A DNA stretch of 64,000 nt, taken from Vicugna vicugna. Its lineage: Eukaryota. The notes under the pieces are model-generated. The model did not search any database. It worked only from the letters and a program-made list of their open reading frames with translations, and had not been told where the DNA came from. A program made the position numbers and the translations under genes. Below, one piece after another: positions 24,846-37,394 of the stretch (the stretch's first letter is position 1; the number at the start of each line of letters is the position of its first letter). The stretch spans positions 6,898,066 to 6,962,065 of the forward strand of contig MU058213.1 in NCBI GenBank assembly GCA_013265495.1, in the 5' to 3' direction.

Positions 24846-27800
24846 AGAAAGCTGACTGTCTGGTGGATAGACAGACAGATAGATGGAGAGATACTCAGCC
24901 AACAAAAGCCTGGAATTCTTTCATTTCTCAATGTTTCTCGATTTTACCTAATTAGGATATGACTGATACAAAGAATTTCTCAAACAGCTCTTTTTTAAAG
25001 AAACTTAAAATTAATACTATCTTAATTCTTAATAGTGGAAATAATTGTATCCTTGCACACCTTCAAATCACATGCATTTGCAGAGCACGATGTCTCAAAT
25101 AAATAGTTTCAAAACCACTGAAGTCTCCAGAAATATTTAAGATGTGTTTCTCAAACAGTGTGCTGGAAATATCATCCCTCATGATGTTTCATTATGAAAA
25201 ACCGAAGGGGGAAGATGCCAAGGACAAGTCAGTTTAGTAAACCCCGGACTATAGCAGACTCGAGTTTTCTGCTGATGATAAATCTGAGAAGCATGTGGCC
25301 CCCAGTTAAAGGATTTTGCATCACATTTGAACAGTAATTCTAAAAGGGTATCACAGAGAGGGCTAGCAACTGGCTTCTGCTTAACATTATGCTGACCCCA
25401 AAGAATTCCGCTATTTGACAATTCGGGACGGGGGTGGGATGGAGAGAGAGCTCCTCCTTCCTTCCTACCTATTCTATCCTGTGTACACCTCCAGGTTTAC
25501 CTGCAGAAGGGGAAACATCTGTCCGCGTGGCTGCAGCAATCACGCCCCACCTGCTTAGTGCCAGGACATCCCAAATTGTGAGACCACAAATGTGGACATG
25601 AGAGAGAGTCCACGAGACCTTTGGTTTATCGCTATGTGAGTGTCAGGAACTAAAATGAACACAAGAAAAACCAGCAAGATGATGACGGAATGAACACTAT
25701 GTTTGGAACTGGCAGACCTGGGTTTTAGTCTCAGTTCTGACTCCAGCTGACTACCTGGCCTCAACATAGGACTCAGCCCTTTCTCCTCTATTAGATACCT
25801 GTTAATCTGTCTACTTCCTCAGGCCACAGATGTTTTTTGAGTAGCTAGGATATGCCGAGTACTGCACTAGGAAAACATGTCTGCTTCCAGAAACTGACTG
25901 ACTTAAAAAGCCATGTAGATTACTCATCAATGATCCACTTCCCCTCTTCCCTCCGTTTGTACAAGTCATTGAGAACAACTGTAGGCACTTTTGAGAAGGC
26001 CAGATCTCAGCTAAACCCTAAGGAAACTGCTGGGTAAACAGAAACGACCAGCATAAAAATAATGCAGGAGTTCTCTCAAGATTTTAAAACTGATATTGTG
26101 TCCACACGAGGATGTACACCCTCCAGAGCAGAGGAAGGAAACCGGTGGCCCATGGCCAGTCCAGCTCTTGGTCATGCTCTGTGTAACTTGCACAGAGCAC
26201 CTGCTCAGATGCTTTTCCAGTGGGGAAATATTTCTCCATACCACTGTTTTCAGCAAAAGGAGGAGAACCAGAGACAGAATTAAGAGCAACAGATGTTTTC
26301 AGGAAAACGGTACTGAGCATACATTGGGACCTGCCCCGTTTTGGTTTTGGGGTTTGGGTTTGTTTTATTTTTTTAATATATACCTTATCTGACCTCTACA
26401 GCTATTGAGTTTATGATGCTTCTAGACCAAATACAAGTTTGTCTGTAGCCTGACTCCCCTAAGGGAAGTTGTTTCCTAATACATGGGGCTGGTAGGAAAA
26501 GGGTGAAACAAAGTATTCAGAGGTTGCCCTCTTTCTGTAACTTTCCAGACACTGCAGAGACAGACCCATCTCACACTCAGCACGGAGACACACTGGGGAT
26601 TATGTGGCTCAATCCTCTTCCCTGATATATGAAGAAATCAAGTCTCAAGGAAGTCAAGGACTTGACACAAGCCAGGCAGCTGAGCCGGAACAGGCTGAAC
26701 CCCAGTGTTTTTTCCTCCCCTTTAAGATGCCTCGCCCTCAAGTGAAAGCGAAACTGCAACTTCTATTAAATCATGTTTTTTATCATCTCCGAGCACCACA
26801 ATTTTAGACGTGTTGTTTCCACTCCAAATTGATGGTCTAAGTGAAATCTCTCTTCCGTCCTGTTAGGAGCCCAGAAAAATGAGCCCCCCAAGAGTAGGCC
26901 CATTAGCAGCGTGCTTTGCAAAGCTTCTAGAGTTTGCTAAGGGGCACTTCAGAGCGCCAGGTTCATCTCTCTCATGTCACCAGGGAGGCTCTGCTCTTGC
27001 AGGAATGTGACAAGTGCACAACAAGGGAACTGGGGTGAGCAGTAGAGTTCTGTGCTAAGAACATAGGCTTTGGAGTCAAACCAGACCTGGGGAACCTGTT
27101 CTTGGACTCAGCTTCCCCTTCTGAGACACCCAGCAAACTACAACACCCATTTCATACTGTCACTGTTGGAGTTAAATGAGATAATACATAAGATTATGCC
27201 CAGACACAGTAAGTACCAAAAAAGACACTCATTATCATCATGATAGCTAGGCAACCAAACACACTATGTGATTGGACGGGTTTTCATTGTTTTTTTGCTT
27301 TACAGAGATCAGACCATCATAATTTCCTTTCACAAGTTGTTTAGGTATTGAAATTCCAACAGAAATTTTGGGCAAAGATTATAATGAAAAGAGAAATTTT
27401 CCAACATAAATCATCTTCTCCTCCTTTTTTGTTTTGAATCATAATGGGACCTCAAACCAAGTTCAGCTCTCACCAGGCACCACAGCAGGGCTGGCAGTCT
27501 CTTCTCCCTGTAGTCTGTCATACTGGTCGTGCTTGCCAGTGCTGCATTCTTCTGCTTTAATCACAGTGGGCACGGTGAGAATAACGTAGCAACCACTGCT
27601 TTCCCCATTAGGTACACTAACTGCATCATTTCCGGAACAAACTCAGCCTTCACCAGCAGGAGTCCTTCAAATGTGCCCACAGTCCCTTCCCCAGCCAGCT
27701 CTCCCCTCTGATGGGTCCATGCCCGGAAGCTTAGAGCATAATAGTCCCAGAATGTTGGGGTGGTGGGGCACAGGCTGGTGGGTCAATAAATTGGGAAGCA

Positions 27801-29000
27801 TCTGGTGGTGGAACAGGAAAGCACAGTCCTCTAACTTGAGCACATTTACAGTGCGGGAGCCTTGCGCCCCACTTCAGATGCATGGAACAGGAGAAACAAG
27901 CCAGCTGCAGCTCACAGAGGTTAGCCCCAGGCGGTAACCCTGGCTTATAGTTACCATGTCAGTAAGAGTTCGAATTCATCTTTATTAATCTCCAAATTTT
28001 TTTTTCTTTTGAATGAATTTTTTTTTCTTACTTCCAAAATCCTGAGCTCCTACTACAGATGAAGTCACTTTTTGGCTCAAGTATATTGCTACTTCTGTGA
28101 TTTTGAAAAGTGAAAAAAGATGAGGGGAAAAGTGACATCTTTCTGTGCAAATGGGCAAAACTGCTTTCCAATCCCAGCAGTCGTCAAGTGCCACAAATAC
28201 CACCGCTACTTGTGTGGCATTAACAGTAGGACCCCTTGGTGAATCCCTAAGGTTAGCACACTCTCTTGAGGGGGGGTGTGAACTGTGCGTAACTGGGATG
28301 AGCAGTCTTCTCAAGTGATTTTTTTTTATAGGAGACTTGGCTTCATAGAAGGCATAAAGTTGATTCTAAAAGTAGCTCATTGGAAGTTTAAAAAAAGTAA
28401 ATAATTGTGAAAGATTCCTAACTAACAGGGTGATAGCAATATGATTTCAAGTTAATTTTATATTTATATATAAATATATATACATATATACATATTATAT
28501 AATTATACACACACACAGACACACACACACATATGGATATACTACAAAATGTTTATGGCTGTTAATATTTCCTGGGTAGTGCGATAATGGCTAATTTATA
28601 TTTCACTTTTACCCATCTGCATTTACTATTTTTTGTCTCCAATAAATGTATTCCTTACTCAAAAAAAAAAAGGAAAGATAAAATCAACCAAAGGAAAACA
28701 GACAAACTGAAGCATCCTGGAGACCATAAGCAGGGTGGGGAAGCAGGCTACAGTAAATACAAGAACTCTTGTGTCACTGCGGCACATCAATGGCCCCGTC
28801 TCTCAGCTGGCCTGTCAAGGAAAACTCCCTCACGATGTACGAGTTTGATGTCTCAGTTGTAATTTTTATACGTCACACTAAACATGTCTCCCATAGTATA
28901 GATTTCTCATTCTAATCTTTCCCATTTCCAAACTCTGAATCTGTGACTGCCACATTTGTTCTTTCCTTTGGAAAGGGAATTGCCACAAGGAGAAACACTA

Positions 29001-29179
29001 GTGAGGGGAGGGTACAGCTCAGTGGTAGAGTGTGTGCTTAGCATGCATCACGTCCTGGGTTCAATCCCCAGTCCCTCCATTAAGATAAATAAATAAACAT
29101 TATTCACCCCTCCCCCGCAAAAGTAATAGAAACAAAAAAAATTATTCTTGAGTTTTTTAAAGGATTTTTTTAAAAAAGT
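29001..29179 (+). mobile_element. vic-1-type tRNA-Ala SINE
   Basis: 'ggggagggtacagctcagtggtagagtgtgtgcttagcatgc...cctgggttcaatccccag'; TSD AGAAACACTA (28991-29000 / 29180-29189). Confidence 0.9.
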
Positions 29180-29306
29180 AGAAACACTAAATTTTTAACA
29201 GTTAATTCTAATTGGGACTGGAGACACAGTCTCATTAGTGCTTTGCTGTATGAAATTCTCTGGGTTCTATGGTCTTTTTTCCAGTGACATTTCCAGATTC
29301 TATGGT

Positions 29307-29452
29307 TTTGGGTTTTTGGGGGGGCTTGGGGGGGCGGGAGAGGTAATTATCTTTATTTAATATTTTTTTCAGTGGAGGTACTGGGGATTGAACCCAGGAG
29401 CTTATGCATGCTAAGCATATGCTCTACCTCTTGAGCTATACCCTCCCCCCCC
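29307..29452 (-). mobile_element. vic-1-type tRNA-Ala SINE
   Basis: Reverse copy 'ggaggtactggggattgaacccagg...tgctaagcat...gagctataccctcccc'; TSD CCAGATTCT(A/T)TGGT (29293-29306 / 29453-29466). Confidence 0.9.
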
Positions 29453-30979
29453 CCAGATTCTTTGGTAAGGCAGTGACACCCAGTGTGCTCCACGGACTGG
29501 CAAGGGAGTGAGAAGATACACCCACCAGAACGTCAGCTCTAGTTAGCTGGTAAGAAACAGTGTAAGCAATAAGGGGGGGTAACCCGATCTCACGGAAATT
29601 TGGAAATCTTAAAAAGATCTCTAACACAGGCACTTGACTGGCTATTAAAAAAAGAGCAAGTACCTAGACATGCTTCTTTGAGAAAAAGGAGCAACAAGGC
29701 CCTCACATCTGATTTTGGAAGTCAGCTCTAGTTTCTAAACTTGAATCTCCACCACTCCACGGAAAATTCATCCTTCGTTTGCAGTAAGCAATTCCCCCAG
29801 TTTACCATGGCTTCTTGAGAAAGATGGATGGATTGGCATCTGGTATTCTAATTAGATTAGAGAATAATGACCAGGAGATCGTGGGGAAGAGAGGATAATT
29901 TATTACTCACATTACTGCCATCCTATCTAAGTACTCAGAAGTAAACAAATTCTCCTAGAATTCACTTATCATACTCAGAAAACAAAACACAAGTAGGAAA
30001 CAAGAAGCCCCTTGAGGCTTTGGCCTTGTTACAATGGGGTCATAGTAAGAGCCCCTAGTTACTGCCAACCGTATCCATCACTTTCCCACCTGGAGAATAA
30101 GGCTGTCTGCAGGAAAAGGGGATGGTGGTCGTATCATCACATATTACAAGCTGACACGCGTTGGGCATATTTAATTCTCCAAATCAACTTTGTGGGGTAG
30201 ATGGAATTATTCCTATTATACAAAAGGAGCAAATAGAAAATCCAGAACATAGCTCGTCCAAAGTCACACAGTGGACACACGATGGAACCAGTGTTTGCGC
30301 TCAAGTCTGGCTCTAAATCCATGCTCTTCATTGCTCAGCTGCCTCCCAAATGACTGCTTCCTAATTAACTCACTTGACACCCAACCACTTCAGCTGGAGC
30401 ATTTCAGGACCCATCAGCAATTTGCTAGAGTTCCTTGGCATGTAAGAGCAGTGACAAGCAATAATAGTAACTTGCCTGTCACTTGATTCATTATGGAGCC
30501 AAAGCCCGAATTAACTGGTGGAAGGGCGGTGGTGCTCTATGGGCGTGGGGGGGTGGTAGGGAGCGGAAGGGGTGGGCACCTCCTCCCTCGCCCACCTTTG
30601 CTCATCTCCTCAGCACAGGATCTCAAGCTCCCACAGGCTGTGCTGTCCCTGGCGGGGAAGCGGGTGCCCTCTACCATGCTGAGAGTTAAATTGGTCAAGA
30701 GATCTATTTCCTTCCATTTCACCAACCTTTCTGCCATTTGGTATTGGGGGCAGAGGAAGAAGGAGCATTGGTGGGACAGAAAGAGAACTTGACTCAGGAC
30801 TGGACCACTCCTTAGAAAGGGAACTTGGGGAGAGTCGCTTTACAGCACAACCCACAGCGTCCTCGTCAGTAAAATCTGAGGTCTGATGCAGATTACCTAC
30901 CTTGTGGGTAAGACCAAATGTGAAAATGCGTGAGATGCACAAGACAGGATAGACTGGAACAGAGAAGAGAAGTAAGAGG

Positions 30980-31235
30980 TGAGTTAACATTTACGAGGCC
31001 CTTTGACATGCTGACCCTGCACAGACCACGTGTATATAAACACGCACGACACTTTGCTTCCCCGATTTCATTCCTCTCTCACAGCAGCTTGTTTGGGTAG
31101 GTACTGCCACCCCTTTTCAGATGAAGAAACAGAACAGGGTTAACTGCCCTAACCAAGGTCCACAGCTAGATTGTAACAGGTATGGATTGGAATTGAGGTG
31201 AGTTTGACTTGATTTCTGCACCCTGCACTGCCTCT
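30980..31235 (-). mobile_element. MIR SINE
   Basis: 'gtaggtactgcc...ttttcagatgaagaaacag...ccaaggtccacagctag'. Confidence 0.65.
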
Positions 31236-31374
31236 CAAGATCAAAATTGGACACACTGTTTGGTAAAGTAATGAGATTTCCCTCATTGGAAACAATCAGA
31301 GATACTGGGTGTAATGTTGGGACAGATTAGCTAGCAGTTGCCCTCAGACTCTAGAATTCATAATTCTACACGTC

Positions 31375-31880
31375 TAACTTTCATTCATTCATTGAGTCAT
31401 TCCTCCATTTATTTACCATGTATTTACTGAGTACCTACAATGTGTCAAAGCTTCTCTGGGTGACAAAGTGATAGAGAAAACAGTAAAAAAGAAAATAAAC
31501 AAAGAGCATTTCAGAAAGCAAAGCTCTGAAGTTAAGCAAACGGGGTCATGTGATGATGGGTCCCTGGGGGGCTGTGGGGAGTCGTGGGTAGAGGCTCCTT
31601 TAGACAGGGGTGTCAGGGAAGGCTCTGTGTGGATGGGGTGTCTGAATGAAGGCTTGAAGATGAGGGAGACCCAAGCAGAGAGAACAATACATGCAAAGAC
31701 TCTGAGGCAGGAACCAGGCTGCCAGTTAGAGGAACAGAAAGGGGGAGGCTAGAAGGGCCAGAGGAAGCTGAGCACAGGGAAGGCAGGGGCACACGAGGGG
31801 CTGGGAGAAGCAGGCGGTAGCTGGGCCACGTGGGGCCTGAAGGCCAGGTCAGAAGCCTGACTTTTATTCTAGTTGTCCTG
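31375..31880 (-). mobile_element. L2 3' portion
   Basis: 'tcattcattcatt...tatttactgagtacctacaatgtgtc' followed by the purine-rich reverse L2 body. Confidence 0.75.
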
Positions 31881-32344
31881 GGACTCTCTCCGAAGCTCCT
31901 GCCTCATCCCCACTCTGGATGAGTCATAGATAATCCCTGCATGTCAGTACTTGCATTTTTCCACAGACTTGAGGAGCGGCAGCACTGCGAATTACCTCAG
32001 TCTTCACAGATGGCCACCGTGTCTGACAGAGGTTAGTACATTTGCATGTGGGCAAAATGGGAATTCTATCTGGGCAGGCACTAACCAGTATCATCAAGAA
32101 ACCTCCAGGTGGTAGATGAGAAGTTCCCAGGTTTCTCACAGGCTCAGAAAGTATTTGTCTACAGTCAGGCCGCTGATCCTGGGTACGCCCTGCCCCTCCA
32201 GCAGAGGCTAGCACCCACAAGCACCCAACCCCATGACCATACCTTGGGGAATTTTTATTTGCACACAAGCGTATCATCACCTCCTCCAAACCTTTTTCCC
32301 CCAGCAGCTGGGAAGAATGAGCTTCAGAATCTCACAGTTGTGGT

Positions 32345-32560
32345 GTAAAAACTGGATTTGGACTCAGATAGACGGATAGTTTAGAATTCTACACTTTGCA
32401 TGAAGGGACTTAACGTCTTTGAGGTTAGCTGCCTTATCTATAGAATGGTGGTGGAAAAACAAGTCCCACAGGCTTGTGGTAGAAGAAAAATATCACAGTG
32501 ACATACATGAAAGTACCTTGCACAGGGCCTACTAGGTAGAATGTGCTCAAAAACATGTAT
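32345..32560 (+). mobile_element. MIR SINE
   Basis: 'ttatctatagaatgg...cccacaggcttgtgg...catgaaagtaccttgcacagggcct...gctcaa'. Confidence 0.6.
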
Positions 32561-34159
32561 TTTAAAACATTGGAACAGCTAAACCTTGTCACATGAATCT
32601 AGGATCAGATAAGAAACACACCTAGGAATTTCTGTAAGCAAACTGCATCCTCTGTCTGCGGGAACAAGAGAAGAGGACAAGAGCAAATCCAAATGTAAAA
32701 CATTACTTCAAAATACAAATATCTTCAGTATGGCAAAAAAAAGTAAAATTTAAATACTGGAATCAGCTAAACTTGGGAGAGAGGAAAATGAATAATAAAT
32801 GCAGGTAAGAATTCAGAGTTCTGTTTTATGCATACAAGGGGAATAATTAACTAATCTCAAAACATGTAAATGAGGGCTTAGAAGCATTTTCAAAACACCA
32901 CATCCAATTCCAGTTACACATGCAGAATTTGCTACATTATAATAATTAGGCTTTTTTTTACAAAAGATTTATTTATTTTGAATAGAAGTATTAAATATTA
33001 CACTAATTACTGGTTATTTTACTTTGTACCCAGGGAAAAGAAATGAATATTCATTAGCTCCTTAAGCTACTGATCCTCTACCGACTAGACAGATTCCAAC
33101 ATCACCAAGAAGCTGTGGGTGGGTGGGAAGTGCTCCCTGTAAAATCAGGCTTGTGCTACAAATCAGAGCCCAATCTGCTCAGCTAATGTGCACGTGCTAG
33201 GATCCCCAAGTGAATTCTGCTAACGCTGGACCCCAAGAGTCTTCAGCTGAGTAGCCAATAAGTGAGGATAACTGTTAAATTGGTCATAAGAAAACAGTAT
33301 TTTTCTGTCTACACAATCCAGTGAACTTGAACAAGACAGCCCTTAAAGTGGTCAACGTGGTTTCATACAATAAAACTTAACATCTCCTTCTGTCCGAAAC
33401 ATGCCTAGTTCACTCTGAAAGAATATTTTAACATACATATTTCCATCATTGTCCCTCTTGGTTTTTGATCCAACACTAAGGAAAATCACCCCAAAAGGAC
33501 CAGGCCTACGATTTTCATTTATGAGCCACTTTTACCAGAGCTCAACAGGCAAATACTATTTTTAATCTAAGTAAGCAATACATTTCTCAGGACACCAGCC
33601 CAGTTAATTTTTAATCCTTGCTCAGTTTAGGGCCCCTCTGTGTTGGGGTCCATGCTGCTTGATTTTTGTTTTTATTGTTTATTAAATTTTGTGAACCATT
33701 TTGCACTTGAGCAAGTCACGACCCCCGAGGAGGGAAGGGGCTGTGGCTCTGGGGGGATCTGGTCTGGCTAAAGGGTCCGGTAAGCTTCCTTCCTGGCTTT
33801 GCCTGTGACACAGACCTGCAGCCCCAGGCAGGCAGCAGGGGAGGGACTGCTTACTACGTGAGACTGGGCCGGGAACACGTGACGAGATCAGGGGCGCCCA
33901 GCAATGCCAGCTATATGGGAAACCAGCCCTGGGTCCTCCATCCACGTGGGCAGAATACTGGGACGTGGGTGGAAGTGTGTCAAACATAATAGCTTGATAA
34001 GAGTTAGCTTTCCAGAAAGCAAAAACTCCTCAGTCTTACACAGAGAACAAAGAGGAGGATGTGTCCTTTATAGGAGGATTCGTATTTCTGGGGGTTAGGA
34101 CAAAAGAGTACTCATTCAATAAGTATTTAAGTACCAAGCTTGTGCTATACACTCATGCT

Positions 34160-34298
34160 ACTTAGAGTATGTCTCCGGGACCCACCACAAGGGCATAACC
34201 TAGGAGCTTCTTAGAAATGCAAATTCAAGGGTTTACCCAGACTCACTGAATCAGCATCCTGAGGTGATTCCTACATTAAAGTGTGAGAAGCACTGCCA
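34160..34298. mobile_element. MER5A MITE (internally deleted)
   Basis: 'gcataacctaggagcttcttagaaatgcaaatt...cccagactcactgaatcag...aaagtgtgagaagcactg'. Confidence 0.7.
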
Positions 34299-34999
34299 GA
34301 CACCATGTTAGGTGTTCACCAGTGATCGCCACTTATCATGTCATTAAAATAGAAGTTCAGGTCACACATGTGCTATGTCACAACTGCCTAGGGACATGGC
34401 CCAGGAATTTACAGTGATATGAGGTAGTGAAGGACCTTTCATAAAGACCTCACGTGCCAAGCCAAGCACAGGCTCACTTCAAGGCAAACAAGGGTGCCTT
34501 GACTCACCTGATGCAGGTAAGCCAACAGGGCTCCCATTTCTAAATTCATGTTGGAAGAGTTTCCCATATAGAAACTCTAGACACTAATACCTAGGAAATA
34601 AAGGCTGGTCTCATCTGATTTCCAGCTGGCAATGAGAGAGGGCTAGAAGGGGAATTATCCAACTCATTTAGCCAGCTAATTTATTTAGGCCTTTCACTAG
34701 TCCATGGCCCCTGCATAGGAGAACACAAGGTAGATAAACATCGGGGAGGGGATGTCTTCACTGACTTCATTGGGCAGTTGTGTTGCATTTTATCTTCATT
34801 TTCTGCTCTAACAGATGCTGGTAATACTTCTTGACAGGTTGTGTAGAGCCACAGATTTTCCAAAGCCAAATGGAAGTGACTTTAAAGATATTGTAGAAAT
34901 TAATGACCCATGAGGGTTTTCTATGGACTTACATCCATTCTCCCTAGGGAGTCCTCCATGTCAATTTTTATCAACTGGTGTATTTCCTAACGTCTTATT

Positions 35000-36345
35000 T
35001 TTACATTTCTCTTTTACAAACGCATTGTATAAATTCATGTTTTAGAAAATATTCAAACAATACAAAATGTCTACAGTAAAAACGTGATCAATCTCCTTTA
35101 CTCTCTTATTCCAAGCTATTTGCTATTAACACTGGGGTGCATTTTTCCTGACTTATTCTCTGCATTTATATTGTATGTGCATATAGCCACGTGTAGCAGT
35201 TTTACATACCGGAACCATATTATATTATTAATCTGTGACTGTTTTTGGTTAATTTTTTTTTCATTTTATCTTGGAGATAGTTCTCTTCCTCACCATATAT
35301 TATATGTAAAATTTCTAAAGAACTGCATAATATTCCATAGACTAGATTTATCCTGATTACTTTAGTCATTCCCCACTGATGAAGATTTAGATTATTTCCA
35401 ATTAATTTTTAAGTAATGATAACAGTTTTTTCAGATGGCCAGATATAAAAGCAACATATAAAAAAAGATCAAGAGCTTTCCACATACCACCAATAACTAA
35501 TTACAAAACATATTTTTTTACAAGCCCACTCACAGTAATAGAAAAGAAAACTTGGCAAGAATAGTATTTTAAAAATCTGTAAAATGTGTTGATAGATTTA
35601 TAAGAAGACCAGAATAGTAGAGATATACACCTTTTTTTCCTCCCCTCTTCCTCCTTCCTTTTTCTTTCTCTCTCTCTCCCTCTCTCTCATTTTTTGGCGA
35701 ATTATTTTGAAGCGAATCTCAGTCATCATGTCATTTCAGTTCTACATGCTTGCATAAGCATCTCTAGAAAAGAAAGCATTCTCTTAAATAATCATAGTAC
35801 CATTTTTGCACACACAGGTAAATGTAAACATTTTCTTGAGATCAGCAAGACGTAGGCACATTTCTATAGTTGTTTCAAATGTTTTTGCATTTGGTTCCAT
35901 GGGATCCAAACAAAGTTCACACATTATATTTAGTATCTAAAGTCTCTCAGTCTAAAATTCTCTCTCCTCCCTTCCCTTTACTTTTCCCCTTTTTTCACAT
36001 AACTGACCTGTGAAGAAACCAAGAGTATTGTCCTATAGAAGATCCAGCATTTGGGGTTTGTCTGTTTACTTCCATGTAGTGTCAACTGATGCTTCATTCA
36101 TCCCTCTTATCTCCTCCAAATGGAAGCTGGCTTTAAAGGTTCAGGTTCATGTTCAACTGTCTGGCAAGAATACTTTATAGTCACTACTTCATAACTGCAT
36201 CACATCAGGAGGCACACACTGTCAGATGCTAAGATGTAGCAGTAGGTTTTGGGGATGACAGGCTGCTTCCTCCATTGTAAAGTTTCCAATTAAATTTCAT
36301 CTAATGGTTTCCTCCACTGATGATTATTGCCCAAATCTCTTGTCC
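35000..36345 (-). mobile_element. Old L1ME-like fragments, mostly reverse
   Basis: 'ttagtcattccccactgatgaagatttagattatttcca', 'ttattttgaagcgaatctcagtcatcatgtcatttca', 'tgcatcacatcaggaggcaca' L1ME 3' motifs. Confidence 0.6.
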
Positions 36346-36441
36346 ATTAGAGGTTTAAAATGTGCATTTTCAAAAAAGAAAACAAAATAGTAAGTTTATG
36401 GTATTTCCTATTCCAATATAATCTTACAAGATTCTTATGTA

Positions 36442-37289
36442 GGGCTGTCATCAAAAAAGCAAGAAAGAAGTCTTGGCAAGGATGTGGAGAAAAGAGAACC
36501 CTTGTGCATTGCTGGTGGGAATGTAAACTGGAGCAGCCACTACAGAAAACAATAGGGAGGTTCCTCAAAAAATTAAAACTAGATCTACCATAGGATCCAG
36601 CAATTTCACTCCTGGGTATGTATTTGAAGGAAATAAAATCACTGTCTTGGAGAGATACCTGTACTTCTATGTCCACTGCAGCATTGTTCACAATTCAAGA
36701 TATGAAAATAACCTTAGTATCCACTGACAGATGAATTGAAAAAGAAAATGCGGTGTGTATAAACAATGGAATATTATTCTGCCATAAAGAAGGAAACCCT
36801 GCCATTTTCCAACAATACAGATGGACCTTGAGGGCTTTATGCTAAGTGAAATAAGTCAGACAGAGACAGACAAATGCTACCTTGATGTGGAATCCAAGAA
36901 AAAAAAAAAAACCCAAAACAAACACAAACTCATAGAAAGAACAGATTGGTGATTGCCCAAGGTAGGGGGTGAGGGATGGGGGAAATAGGTGAAACAGATG
37001 AAAAGGTACAAACTTCCAGTTATAAGATAAATAAATTCTGAGGATGTAAAGTACAGCATGTAACTATAGTAAATAATACTGATTTGTAAATTTGAAAGTT
37101 GCTAAGAGAATAGATCTTAACATTTCTTATCACAAGAAAAAAAACTTTGTAACTGTGTGAGGTGATGGACACTAACTAAACTTATTGTGGTTCACATTCC
37201 ACTATATAAATATATATATAAAATCATATTGTGCACCTTAAACTAATGCAAAGTTTTACATCAACTATACCTCAGTAAAGCTGGGAAAA
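36442..37289 (+). mobile_element. L1MA9-like 3' end
   Basis: ORF2 C-terminus '[19 protein letters not shown]'; 3' UTR 'tttgaaagttgctaagagaatagatctt...aaagctgggaaaaa'; degenerate TSD AAGATTCTTATGTA / AAGAGTTTTATGTA. Confidence 0.85.
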
Positions 37290-37394
37290 AAGAGTTTTAT
37301 GTAATTTTTAATGTTTTATAATTATTTATTTTCTGTTATACTGAAAACTGGGTTCCTGACAAAATTAAAATTCGTAGGTGCATCACTCTATTAC

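Noticed and set aside
29004..29080. tRNA-Ala gene (also at 11228, 29375 and 44860)
   Set aside because: A-rich tails, TSDs and imperfect acceptor stems identify these as SINE copies
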